Shown here piece by piece: positions 1 to 12,729 of a stretch of 64,000 bases of DNA. Where the stretch lies: assembly GCA_951406725.2 (NCBI GenBank), contig OX597835.1:25668001-25732000 (forward strand), given 5' to 3'. The notes beneath the pieces are model-generated. The model saw only the letters and a list, made by a program, of their open reading frames with translations. It searched no databases and was not told the DNA's origin. The stretch's first letter is position 1; the number at the start of each line of letters is the position of its first letter. This DNA is from Octopus vulgaris (Eukaryota). A program made the position numbers and the translations under genes.

Positions 1-53
1 GACATCAGCAACAGCGGTGACAACGGTGGCAATAACAACAACAACAACAACTG

Positions 54-110
<57 letters not shown>

Positions 111-465
111 TGATGGCAGCAACGTAGGCGAACACACAAACACAGAGGGATACAAGAACTGTACCAAATTTCGGGTCCATGGATTGCAGCAGCGACATAG
201 TGCTAAAAACAATGACACACACATACACATATATACACACATACACTAACACGGACGCAAACGCATGTGCATGTAAGGATACACATCCTAGTAGAACAGA
301 ATGAAATAAGTGGAGCAAGAGCACACACGAAGACGGAAAGTGTTGCTGAAGAGGTCACAGATGTGTGACGAAAGATTTCGGACAATGGACATAAGATTAG
401 TTGTAATACAAGTGAAGAACGAACATATATATTGCGTGTGCTTATTTGGCAAAAAAAAAAATGAC

Positions 466-590
466 CAGGTATAGCTGTGTGGTAAGTAGCTTGATTACCA
501 ACCACATGGTTCCGGGTTCAGTCCCACTGCGTGACACCTTGGGCAGGTGTCTTCTACTATAGCCTCGGGCCTATCAAAGCCTTGTGAGTG
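466..590 (+). mobile_element. SINE family B, head fragment
   Basis: A-box gctgtgtggtaag, B-box-like ggttcagtccc and CORE-like accttgggcag; matches the full copies in this window. Confidence 0.8.
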
Positions 591-771
591 CTGACTCTAA
601 ATTCAATAGGAAATCTGTTGAGATAAACTTAAAGGTAATTGTATCGCATTGCTAACACGAAAGGAGGACTCTGTATTGAATTATAAACCTTTCATATACT
701 TGGTAGTATATTATGATTGCAAAATGAAATACCGTAACCCAACCATCAATTAATATTATGTTAGTAAATTT

Positions 772-980
772 AAGGCGGTGAGCTGGTAGAATCGTTAGCA
801 CACCGGGCAAATTGTTTAGCGACATTTCGTTCGTTTTTACATTCTGAGTTCAAATTCCGCCGAGGTCGAATTTGCCTTGCATCCTTTCGGAGTCGATCAA
901 TAAGTACCAGTTGAATATTGGGGTTGATGTAATCGACATACTCCGTCCCACGAAATTGCTGGCTTTGTGTCAAAGTGTGA
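772..980 (+). mobile_element. SINE family A (tRNA-derived head ggcggcgagctggcagaa; central gcctttcatcctttcggggtcgat..aagtaccag domain)
   Basis: Similar to many other copies in the window; B-box gagttcaaattcc. Confidence 0.85.
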
Positions 981-997
981 AAGTAATATTACGTGAG

Positions 998-1407
998 ACA
1001 AGGTGCATCCGAGAAGAGCCGAGACTTTTTCAGAAGAGACATTTATTAATTTCAGACAAGTACAAGATTCTAACTTCCTGCAAAGTAGGGTCCTCTGATT
1101 TCAACACGCTTGCTGTAGCGCCCCAGCTACTTCGAGAAGGGCCTATGGAAGCCCTCCAAAGAGAAGGGGTTCAGGACCACTGTCAATGTCTTCAGAATGA
1201 CTCTCTCTTTTACTCTTTTACTTGTTTAAGTCATTTGACTGCGGTCATGCTGGAGCACCGCCTTTTTTAGTCGAGCAAATCGACCCCAGGATTTATTCTT
1301 TGGAAGCCTAGTACTTATTCTATCGGTCTCTTTTGCCGAACCGCTAAGTTTCGGGGGCGTAAACACACCTGCATCGGTTGTCAAGCGATGTTGGGGGTAC
1401 AAACACA

Positions 1408-1487
<80 letters not shown>

Positions 1488-2110
1488 TATATACGAGGGC
1501 TTCTTTTAGTTTCCGCCTACCAAATCCACTCACAAGGCTTTGGTCGGCCCGAGGCTATAGTAGAAGACACTTGCCCAAGGTGTCACGCAGTAAGAATGAA
1601 CCCGGAACCATGTGCTTGATAAGCAAGCTACTTACCACACAGCCACTCCTGCGACTGTTCCTGAGGTTCTCTTTTGTCAACCAAAAGACAATGGGAGTAA
1701 CGTCAGGACTCGCAGGGAGGGCGAGGGACAGTTTTGGAACCCATCTCCGTCAAGTAGTTGGTTACAATGATGCTCGTTACCGAGTACTCAGGAGCAAATT
1801 TTGCACAAATTTCGCACTCGTTCAGATGTTCATGAATAATTCTGTATACAGTTGCAACACCAACTCCAAATTCTATACTTATTGTCTTTATGGACACACG
1901 ACGGTCTTCAGCCTGAAAACTGCGAATGTTCTCAATCAACTCTGACGTTTTGACGTTCTTCGCTTCCAACACCTCACTATCGTCTCTCATCTCCTCTCTA
2001 CCGACCTTGAGAAAAATAGATACTCGGCTCATACAAGTTAATCTATATGCTGTCTAGAGAATTTCGTAAACTTCTGTAGCGTTTTTACCCCAAAACCTTT
2101 TGCATAACGG
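998..2110 (-). mobile_element. Decayed mariner-like transposon (family M1), interrupted by SINE B
   Basis: ORF 1703-2032 (ELIENIRSFQAEDRRVSIKTISIEFGVGVATVYRIIHEHL...CAKF) is a mariner second HTH region. 998-1200 carries the transposase C-terminus and a TIR-like end. Homologous to 14000-14275 and 19760-22432. Confidence 0.75.
1203..1653 (-). mobile_element. SINE family B, full length, with internal (CA)n
   Basis: Head gcaggagtggctgtgtggtaag, CORE-like segment, internal microsatellite, and tail ctccagcatgaccgcagtcaaatgac..aagtaaaagag. Confidence 0.9.
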
Positions 2111-2289
2111 GCTTATAAATTATCAACCCGTCCCGAGTGCATTCTGCAAACTAGTCAGTAATGACTAGCAGTATTTATTAGGGTGTTTTCAAAGTGCCGT
2201 TACAGCCGTTTCTAACATACGTTAGCAGGTCAGCTTATTCGATGCATAGTAATAATATACGAAAATTACTATAATACATGCATATATAT

Positions 2290-2885
2290 GTACTTCAAGG
2301 AGTACATATATGCATGTATGTAATTTTGTTACTCAAAATCTATTACATTGGTCCTCCTTATGAAACTTTACAGGAGTACTTATCATAGAGCATTACATTG
2401 ATACTCTCCTTAGTGCACTACATTGGCATCATATAATAAATTATTCTGGTACTCATTATAGAATATTACAGTGGTATTCTCCAGAGTGCATAATATGGAT
2501 ACTCCTCAGAGTATAATGCATTGTTGCTCTTCATAAACATTATATAACACATTATAGTACGTTACATTCGTACTCTTCATAGGACATTATATATGTACAC
2601 CTCGGAGTACATCATATTAATACTCCCTAGAGTACATAGATAAGTATTTCCCATTCTATATTACATCAGTACTCCCTTTAATGCATTACATGAGTACTCC
2701 TCATGGACATTATGTAGGTACTCATTACAAAGGTACATTACAAGGGTACTCACCATAGTATATTACAGGAGTATTCCTTATGGATATCACATAAGTACAG
2801 ATTATAGTACTTTACATTGGTACTCTGCAGTGTATATTATATACGTACTTCTCAGAGTATGTTATATTGGTGCTCTTCGTAGTGC
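2290..2885. repeat. Degenerate ~24-bp minisatellite (approximate consensus agagtacattacattggtactcct)
   Basis: gagtac/gtactc and cattacattgg motifs recur with a period of about 24 bp. Confidence 0.75.
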
Positions 2886-3029
2886 AAAGATGAAAGACAT
2901 CGCTGACGCCTTTCATGTTTCGAAACCCAGGAAATGTCTTTGAAGAACTGAAATTATGAAGTATTCTATGGAGTTATATTTTTAATGAACAAGCAGTTAC
3001 ATTAATGATTTCAGCTTCATTAGTGTAGC

Positions 3030-3033
3030 CATT

Positions 3034-3070
<37 letters not shown>

Positions 3071-3254
3071 ACCTCGTCATTATTAACTGCATGGTCGTTG
3101 TCGTCATCATCGTCATTAACATCATCATCGTCATCGTCATTATCATTATCATTGTTGTCATCATCGTTATCATCATTGTCATCATCATCACAATCATCAT
3201 TATCGTCATCGTCGTCGTCGTCATTATCATCGTCATCATCATCATTATTATTAC

Positions 3255-3291
<37 letters not shown>

Positions 3292-3298
3292 GTCATCG

Positions 3299-3351
<53 letters not shown>

Positions 3352-3460
3352 TATTTCAATCATTCTCGTTGTTATCATTATCAACAGCATTATCGTTACA
3401 ATTAACCTCACCACCACCACCACCATCCTCCTCATCACAATCATGACCACCACCACGGAA
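3030..3460. repeat. (ATC)n/(GTC)n trinucleotide microsatellite
   Basis: Directly visible; produces the poly-D/S/I/M ORFs. Confidence 0.95.
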
Positions 3461-3581
3461 ACAAATTATAAAAGGAAAAACAAAACAAAACAATAAGCGT
3501 ATCAAAGAGTGAGTAGAAAGATTCAATAATCTCCAGAAGAAATGGCAGCATAACATCAAAGACTTATAGTTAGACGATAGC

Positions 3582-3651
<70 letters not shown>

Positions 3652-3889
3652 ATAAGAAAAACAGCGACGAAAATAATGCCGACAATGACAACAGTTTGAT
3701 GGAGCTGATAATGGCTATTCAATATTGGTTTGTGTATTTGTATACGTACATACATGCATACATACACACACTCCTTTATGTATATATATATATATATATA
3801 CGCACACACATATATGTATATATGTACTTTTTCATATAAACACATACATACATGCATATACATACATATATATATATATATTTACACAG

Positions 3890-3922
<33 letters not shown>

Positions 3923-4990
3923 CGAGAATACACATATACGTGTATATATGTATGTATATATAGCTAAATATATATGCATATACATGCATACACACACACA
4001 CACATATATGATTATTTAAACACTTGCTTTTACAAACTATATATATGTATATATATATATATATATATAAGTGTGTGTGTGTATGTGTGTGTGTGTGTAT
4101 AATTCATAGAACAAACAGACTTTATTGTTTTTATTTTCAAACTGAATCTTCACAAGTTACATCAACTAAGTTCCACATTGCCAATCGTCAGGCAAATATC
4201 GATGCCAAGGGACGCAATCAAAGCGACGTAACTAACGAAACGTAATTAAAATGATGTAACCAAAAGAACGTGATGACAGCGACATAGCTAAAGGGACATA
4301 ACCGTGTGTCTAAACTGAAGTTGGTTGTTATTACATTGGTGTGTGACTAGAGAATGGTAACCATAGTGACAAAGCTGAAAACTGTAAACAATAATCTCGG
4401 TGCAGTAAGTAAAGGGAGCTAACTACCACAGTAAAGTGACTACGATTAAAGTTACTAATCTACTGCAACACAGCCACAGTGTTTTCGTCGTCGTCGTCGT
4501 CGTCGTAATCATCAACATCATCACCACCACCAGCATCACAACCACTACCACCACCATTATCATCATCATCACTATCATCAACATCACCGCCACGACGACG
4601 ACGACGACGACGACCACCACCACCACCATCACCGTCATCACCGTCGTCATCATCATCATCATCATCATCATCCACCACAACCGCGACCACCGCGACCACT
4701 ACTGCCACGATCGTCATCAACCAACACCGACAAAAATCCTTCAAGACAGCGCCCCAACATGGCCGCAGTCTAGTGACCGAAACACGTAAAAATAGAAGAT
4801 AAAAGATAAAAGAATGATATACGAAGAACGAAAAAATAGATGGGTAGGTCACATCTGGGACGCCTTTAACACAAATATCACAACAACAATCGCAAAGCAC
4901 TTATCATTCGTTTTAGGAATTCTGCCAGCCAGCGACTTCCATCGTTGTGATGTAATATTAATTTTGGTTAAATGTGTTTCCTCTTGTCAG

Positions 4991-5086
4991 GTATTGAAGA
5001 ATTAACTTCAGCACTTCGAATGATGCTTCGGAATCCAACATTTGTCGGTGGTGCCTTGGCCTGTTTCTTAGACAACACAATTCCTG
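4991..5086 (+). CDS. SLC23A1/2-like: Penultimate coding exon of an SLC23-family (sodium-ascorbate/nucleobase transporter) gene
   Basis: Acceptor ttgtcag| and donor |gtaagt; 96 bp, phase 1-1. Translates GIEELTSALRMMLRNPTFVGGALACFLDNTIPG; FVGG..A..LDNTIPG is the conserved C-terminal SLC23/NAT motif. Confidence 0.9.
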
Positions 5087-5309
5087 GTAAGTTGATTGGT
5101 GGAACGAATTCTATCTCTTAGCAAAAAGTCACATCTCTTCCTACACAGGCAGAAGAGTCATTGGATGCTTTTCCAAATCGAAAAGAACCAATGAAAATTC
5201 CAGATTCTAAAATGTTGAGTGTATGAGAGACAAATACCTACCCACATTGCCAAAAGATAGGAGCCTAAGAGCTATACCAGGACATGTACACACGCACACG
5301 CAAAAAATA

Positions 5310-5495
5310 AGTAGTACCTGTATGTCAAAGGGCCAGCCTTGTCACACAGTGTGTCACGCTGAATCTCCCCAAGAACTACGTTAAGGGTACACGTGTCTGT
5401 GGAGTGCTCAGCCACTTGTACGTTAATTTCATGAGCAAGCTGTTCCGCAGATCGTATCAGCTGGGACCCTCGTCGTCGTAACCGGTAGAATGCTC
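5310..5495 (+). mobile_element. SINE family C, 3' part, inside the SLC23 intron
   Basis: ccagccttgtcacac...ccctcgtcgtcgtaaccg is shared with 56973-57348 and 12933-13403. Confidence 0.8.
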
Positions 5496-5570
<75 letters not shown>

Positions 5571-5573
<3 letters not shown>

Positions 5574-5872
5574 TTATTTATATTGAGGGCATTACTATAC
5601 ATAAATGCCACACGCTAGGAGGGACTCTTAAAGTCAAAACTACAAAAAAACAAAAAACAACATAGTACCGAATGCGAAGGAATGCAACTCTCGAAGCGAG
5701 CCTCTTAAAAACAGAATTCAGCTGCATATCATATGATTTCGTAATTAGTGCACAAATGCACTTTTTAATCCTCAGTGCAAGCTTAATTCAAGATTTATAA
5801 AAAAAATGAACAAAAATCAACATACCAAACGAACAACCTTATGCATAGTAATGCCCTCAATATAAATAAATA
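5571..5872. mobile_element. Small element with ~33-bp inverted termini (MITE-like or inverted retroelement end)
   Basis: tatttatttatattgagggcattactatacataa (5571-5604) and ttatgcatagtaatgccctcaatataaataaata (5839-5872) are reverse complements with one mismatch. Confidence 0.7.
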
Positions 5873-6125
5873 TATTTAAGAGAAAAATTGATGGATTTTT
5901 CACTTATGAGGTTTTTCACGCTAACTACTTGATAAATTCTTATAAAGATTTTATCCTATTTTTAAATTGTATATATATATATACATATACAGATAGAATA
6001 ATAGAAACCACGACTGTGTTCGAGTATAATAATTTATATTTACTAAGTTTTGCATATTCCCTGAGTCAAGTCATAAAACCAGTGTAAATGTCTATAAAAT
6101 CATTCACCATTTTCTATTTTCACAG

Positions 6126-6391
6126 GGACTCTGGAAGAACGAGGAATAACGACTTGGATGCCAGATTTAGCGGAAGATTCAGTTAAAAAAAGCAAGCAAT
6201 TCCTGAAAGAACAAGACAAGGTGTATGGCTTCTCGTTTCTTCCAAAGAATATAACCGATTCCTGGTTGTTTGCAGTCGTCCCATTTTTGCCGAGTGGGAG
6301 ACATCTGAAATTGGTCGAAGAAGAAGACGAAGAAGAAGGAATGGAGCTTGAAAATGATCCAGACAATGACAAGGATTTAACTAAAGCTTAA
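6126..6391 (+). CDS. SLC23A1/2-like: Terminal coding exon of the SLC23-family gene
   Basis: Acceptor ttttcacag| splices in frame to the previous exon, giving [17 protein letters not shown]...VYGFSF...VVPFLP...stop. PGTxEERG..W and PF.P match SLC23 C-termini. Upstream exons were not found and are presumably outside the window. Confidence 0.88.
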
Positions 6392-6439
6392 GTGTTGGAA
6401 TTGGTAAATATGTGATATGTATGTGTGTGTGTATGTATC

Positions 6440-6499
<60 letters not shown>

Positions 6500-6562
6500 T
6501 ATATATATATGTATATATATACACACATGTATATATATACATATATACATACATACATACAC

Positions 6563-6598
<36 letters not shown>

Positions 6599-6676
6599 AT
6601 ATCACATATATACAAATATATATATATACACATATGTGTATATGTAAACACATACATATATGTATATGTATGTATG

Positions 6677-6718
<42 letters not shown>

Positions 6719-7235
6719 TATATACATACATACATGCGTACATATATATTTGTATATATACATGTATACATATTCTATGTATGTATTTATATAATATATA
6801 CATTACGTATATTTATATAGATGTGTGTACATATGCATGTACACATTAATCATATACACATATGCACACACACACATCTATATGGCTGTGTAAGTGTATT
6901 TATATATACATGCACTTATGTATACGTACGTACCTACATATATATATATGTATGTATGTATATATATATGTATGTATATACGTATATGTACAGATATATA
7001 ATGAGCTGAGTGTGTTTGTAATCTTTGATTGCTCGATGTAAGCACTTGGAAAAGAGTGGGACGTTATATTTAGTTCCTAAGGGAGATAATTCTTGATAGA
7101 AAGGTTTTAAAATAATGACCAGAAAAATTCCATTAACTAACTTAAACAAAAATAAATATTTTAGAAATAAGCAAAGACAGATTAAAGCATACATAGATAA
7201 ACTTCTAATATTAAATTTTGAAAAAATAAAAAAAG

Positions 7236-7760
7236 ACGGCGAGAATCGTTTGCACGCGGGGCGAAATGCTCACCGGCTTTTCGTCCGTTCATACATTCTT
7301 AGTTCAACTGTCGTCGAGGTTGACTTCGCCTTTCATCCTTTAGGGGTCGGTAAAATAAGTACCAGTTGAGTACTGGGGGTCAATGCAATCGATTTACTAC
7401 CCCCTTTGCTGGCCTTGTGCCAAATTGCTGGCCTTGTGCCAAAAATTGAAATTTATATTAAATTTTGAAATGCCTTGATCTGACAGAATTGTAAGTATGC
7501 CTATCTTCCATCTTTGCGTTCTGTGTTCAAATCCCACCAACGTCGACCTTACCTTTCATTCTTTCGAGGTCGATTAAATAAGTACCAGTTGAGCACTGGG
7601 GTTGATGTAATAAACTCGCCACCCACCACCAAAAAATTTCGGGTTTGTGCCTATAGTGAAAACAATTGCTGATAAAATACCGTACCAGACACGTACTGGG
7701 GTCCATGATACCGACTTGCCTCCTCCCCTCAAAATTGGTGGCCGTGTGTTTAAATTTGAA
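7236..7760 (+). mobile_element. Two to three diverged SINE A copies
   Basis: cctttcatcc..gtcg..aaataagtaccagttgag..ctgggg is repeated. Confidence 0.75.
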
Positions 7761-8398
7761 ATCAATATCGAATATTGCTGACATGTTTAACATGACCTAT
7801 CGATAAGTATTGTCGTGAAATGAAGGTCTTATGTCCTATTATGCACGCCTTGAGGTTATAGATTTTAAAAAAGTTTTGGTTTGTTGTCGTATGGATTGTT
7901 TGCACTTACAACCCCAAACGCACCATTAGTGTGTCCCTATCATGAAGACGCCACAATCAGCAGGCAATGGAAATCCAGAAGAAAACTAAGGAATATAGTG
8001 AAAATGATCTGGAAAATTCTTTTACATAATTTGATATATTTACCGCAATAAAATATTTTTTATAGTTAGTGTATTTGATTCTGTAAGTACGTTGGAATAT
8101 TTTCAATTATTAAAACGAAAATGAGCAAAAAGAAAAAGATTAAATTTCAAAGTGGTCTCTAGTATGAATTTGGACAGCAATGGTGAAGAAAAACATACAA
8201 AAAATAAATTAAAACTTTTGATCGATTTATTGAAATTATCTTCTTTTCGAGTAGAAAATAAACAAATACCCAACGGCAGCTTTTACCGATTCAAAATGAA
8301 AAGGGGAGATAATCTCGAAGAATGAGGAAGTTTCATGGCTCAACATAGCGTTAAGAAAAAAGATGGTATACACACACACACACACGCGCGTATGCACG

Positions 8399-8431
<33 letters not shown>

Positions 8432-8540
8432 GTATACATAGTCATGCGCCCCGAATGTGCACACATACACTCACACATATACATATATATTTTCACACAC
8501 ATTCTGATACATACATGCATATACACATACATATACAATA

Positions 8541-8639
<99 letters not shown>

Positions 8640-9100
8640 TTTCCGTATATATATATGTATTCCACTTAAATAATTTTATTATTATTATTATTATTAATTT
8701 TTCATTTTCCTTATTAGTTCCTTATGTTTAGTTTGCAACACTTGACTTTTCCAACTCCATCAACGTTTCAAGATCTCGGACTCATCTTCTGAATAAAGGG
8801 ATGACAGTGAATGGCGCCATGTTATTTTGTTAGTGTTTAGTTGGCAGCTAAAGAAATTATAGGCATAATGTTGAAACTTACAAAACTAACATGGCCGCAT
8901 TTAAAAATAATTGTTCATCGGTTAAATATCTTGGTTAAATCTCGTAGTTTATTTCTTATGTGTTGTATCTTTTATTCTGATTTTTGTTTATATTTTATCA
9001 TTAATAAAGTTTCCTTTCTTAATATTCTAGTTTTGTTGTGGTATTCTTTATAGGACAGTATTGCATCAAGCTTCGTTTATTAAAAAGGAAAAAAAAAAAA

Positions 9101-9265
9101 CTTAAGAAAAACCGTGATAAATGAATTGTCTCCAACCTTAAGAAAATGAAGGTCTCAACCTTAAGAAAAACTGCGATAAATGAATTGTCTCCAACCTTAA
9201 GAAAGACCGTGATAAATGAATTGTCTCCAACCCTAAGAAAAACCGTGATAAATGAATTGTCTCCA
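9101..9265. repeat. 36-bp tandem repeat, about 4.5 copies
   Basis: cttaagaaaaaccgtgataaatgaattgtctccaac at 9101, 9160, 9196 and 9232, plus a deleted unit at 9137. Confidence 0.9.
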
Positions 9266-9728
9266 TCCACTTTGTTAATTGAACGAATGGTAGATTTATT
9301 GAATAGTCCACAGCAGCGAAGCGTGGACTGTGACGTATTATCTTGGTAATCTTTACTTTTTCTTGTTGAGAATACAATCGTCAGCGCCATTTGTTAGGGT
9401 CAGGCGCCCTCGTATTTTCTTCGTTCCCTGGTCCTATGTTGATGAGTGAGTACGTAAATCTACATAAAAAAAAGATGAAAATACGCATGCTCGCTACACA
9501 GTCGTGTAAACACAAGCGATAGTCAGGGCATTTCGGGCAGCTGAGCATAAAGTGTGGTCGCTGGGGCTCATTTTTGCATTACAAGCAGAATCTTCAACTT
9601 ATCGTTGACCCGTATTATCACCCATAGTTATCTGTCGCATGCGCTAGTACGGACATGTTCTCCGTCTCCCGCCAGATCATTCTACCAAAGTTTTACTCTC
9701 ATTCGACGCCGGAGCTGCGAGCTGGAAG

Positions 9729-9773
9729 AGGCCTCGTGACAGGCCTCGTGACAGGCCTCGTGACAGGCCTCGT
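9729..9773. repeat. 12-bp tandem repeat aggcctcgtgac, about 3.7 copies
   Basis: Directly visible. Confidence 0.9.
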
Positions 9774-10925
9774 ATCAGATGGCTGGACGTGTTTTGGGAA
9801 GATCTCCAGAGGCTTGACGTCACCTTGGCGGATGAAGAGGGGCTGGCACAGGACCACCACCGATGAAGAGCACTGGTAGAGCTGATCGACTTTACGCATG
9901 ATGACATCTCTGAGACCACTAATCTAGGCTGACACCAGTCACATTAAAAAAGAGCATAAAGCAAGCAAGCATATCATCACAGATCAATCTGTGGAGAGCG
10001 CAACATGGTTCACAATTGCGTGTACCCTGATGTCTCGGATCAATGACAGATGAATCATTGAACAATGAGGATAGTTGCTTTATGAACTAATGTTTTATTT
10101 GGACTTTTATATCGTAATGTTTTGTAACGATTCCTTGAAAATGTATAATCAAACAACGAGAAAGTGTAGGACATGTGCGTCTAATGTAACAGTTGTAGTC
10201 GTGAACTTTGCAACATTCATGTTTCCACAGTTGGCGAATTTTCCTTGCCTATGAGAATACGTTAGGCGGCAGTTAGCAGAATCGTTAGCTTTTCAGACAA
10301 AAGCATTTTGCCGCATTTTTATGGCTCTTTGCATTCCGAATTGAAATGCTACCGAGTTCTACATTGTCTTTCATCCTCTCGAAGAAGATAAACTGAAATA
10401 CCAGTCAAATACTTGGGTCGATGTAATCAACTTGCACAATTCCATACAAAAATGATTGGCCCTGAACCCTGTAATAGACCGACTGTGATTTCAATGTGTT
10501 ATATGCCATAGAAAACGAGTAACTCGCTCTATGAATCCTTGAGCTCGAGAAAAAAATTTAAAATGAGAACACATAAAGGGTTATGTATGGATTGGAGCTG
10601 CTGTAATCCTTTGGTCACCTACACGGTTGCGTCATCTGATGAAGATCCGTTGGTGTCTGGGATTTGGAGCTTTGGTATGGCCATACTGGAGTATGCTTTC
10701 AACAGCGATAGAATCTATGGCAGATAAGTATTACATTTGAAATGGAAGAGAGAAGGAGAAAGAGAGAGAGAGAAAAGAAAAGAGAGAAAGAAAGAGAAAG
10801 AGAGAAAGATAGAGTAAGAGAGAGAGAGAGAGAGAGTAAGAGAGAGGAGAGAGAGAGTAAGAGAGAGAGAGAGAGAGAGCAAAAGGTGGTCATTTTTCAT
10901 AGCGATTCGATAGTCATCAGAACTT

Positions 10926-11008
<83 letters not shown>

Positions 11009-11116
11009 TCTCTCTCACTCACTCTCTCTCTCTAGCGAGCTAGCTAGCTAGCTAATTTGCCATCTCTCTGTCCGTCCGTTTGTCTGTCTGCATCTCTCTC
11101 TCTCTCTCTCTCTCGC

Positions 11117-11158
<42 letters not shown>

Positions 11159-11621
11159 TCTCTCCCTACCCCTCTCTTTGCATACACATATATAAATTAT
11201 TCTCCCTTTGTCTCTTCTCTATCTTCCTTCCTCTCTCTTCCTCTTTCCAACTTCCTTCCTCTCCCTTCCTCTTCCCAACTTCCTTCCTCTCCCTTCCTCT
11301 TCCCAACTTCCTGTTTCCGTTGCTAGTCTTCTGATTCGTTCCTCTTACTCTATCCTTCCTCCTCGCTTCGCTCTTTTTCTCTTCTTATTCACCTCCGAAA
11401 GATGACCATCACTATCACCTGCATTCACAAGTCTCTACGTGGTTGCTTCATCAGCTAGAAATAGCAGCCGAAATATCACTGAACAATGTTATTTGTGACA
11501 TATTGTCTGGGAAATAATGCGGGACAGCCACCACTGGAACGCGTTTTACTACAGGAAATTAGCAAAATAGAACCACCTCCTTCTCTCGCTTTCTCTTTCT
11601 TCCTATCTTTCTTTCTTGTCG

Positions 11622-11664
<43 letters not shown>

Positions 11665-11961
11665 CCCTCTCACCTTCTCCCTCCCTCGGTTTGTCTCTTG
11701 TCTACTCATCTCCATGTCTCCCTCTCTCTTCCTTTCTGTCTGCCTGCCTGCCTGCCTGTCTGTCTGTCTTTCGCTTTTATTCTTTCCTGCACTCATGATC
11801 TCATTATACTCTCTTTCTTTCTCTCTCCCTCTCTCCCCCCTCCTCGCTCTCTCTGATTATACGAGAATAAGAACGGGCGCTAAATAACGACGACATCAAA
11901 CAACAACAACAACAACAAAATCCTGCCTGATTCAGTTTACATCATGCTCTCCTATGACTAG

Positions 11962-12025
<64 letters not shown>

Positions 12026-12333
12026 GTGGTGGAGACATAGGCTGGCCGACAAAGAGAGTGTGAATGGGAAAAGAAAAGAGAGGATGAGGAAGAGAGTAAA
12101 ATAATGAGAGAGAGAGGAAGAGTGAGAGAGAGAAAGAGAGAACCAGAAAAGTTAGGGCAGAGAGAAAAAGAGAGCAAGAGAAAGAGAGAGAGAGAGGGAG
12201 GGGGAGAGAGAGGGCAAGCGAGAGAGAGAGAACAAGAGAGATAGAGAGCAAGAGAAAGAGAGAACTGGAAAAGGCGAAAGAGAGAGAGACAGAGAGAGAT
12301 AGATAGACAGATATATAGATATATAGATAGATA

Positions 12334-12397
<64 letters not shown>

Positions 12398-12400
12398 TAA

Positions 12401-12433
<33 letters not shown>

Positions 12434-12729
12434 AAATGGAGAGAAAGACAGAGGGAGAGAAAGAAATAGAAAGCTAGAAAGAGATCAAATGTAGAGAATG
12501 AGACGGAAGTATTTCCATTATGCTAATTTAAGCATAAATCAAATAAATTCTATAACACAAATAGTTCAAAAGTTATATGAAAATGGTTTTGAACTGTTTG
12601 TACTCATTAATTGCCGTCGTTGATCATCACCAGACTCTGCGATTTCTTTTGTTTATTCAGTAATAAATAATCGGTCTTATAGTCTGAAGAATTTCACTTT
12701 GGTTCTTTACTATTTTTACTCTCTTATAA

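Noticed and set aside
2974-3496. Poly-D/S/I/M ORFs, and similar YI-, HT-, VC-, LSIY- and poly-H ORFs across the window
   Set aside because: These are translations of microsatellites that stay open in several frames on both strands.
8757-8796. Minus-strand CAGAAGA-U-GAGUC..GAAAC-GUU hammerhead-like remnant
   Set aside because: U4 is mutated, stem II is bulged and stem I is mostly wobble pairs; at best a dead relic.
9101-9265. 36-bp direct repeats resembling a CRISPR array
   Set aside because: Repeats are head-to-tail with no unique spacers, there are no cas genes, and the context is eukaryotic.
10628-10672. CUGAUGA-A-GAUCC...GGAUU hammerhead-like start
   Set aside because: No GAAA follows stem II, so the core is incomplete.
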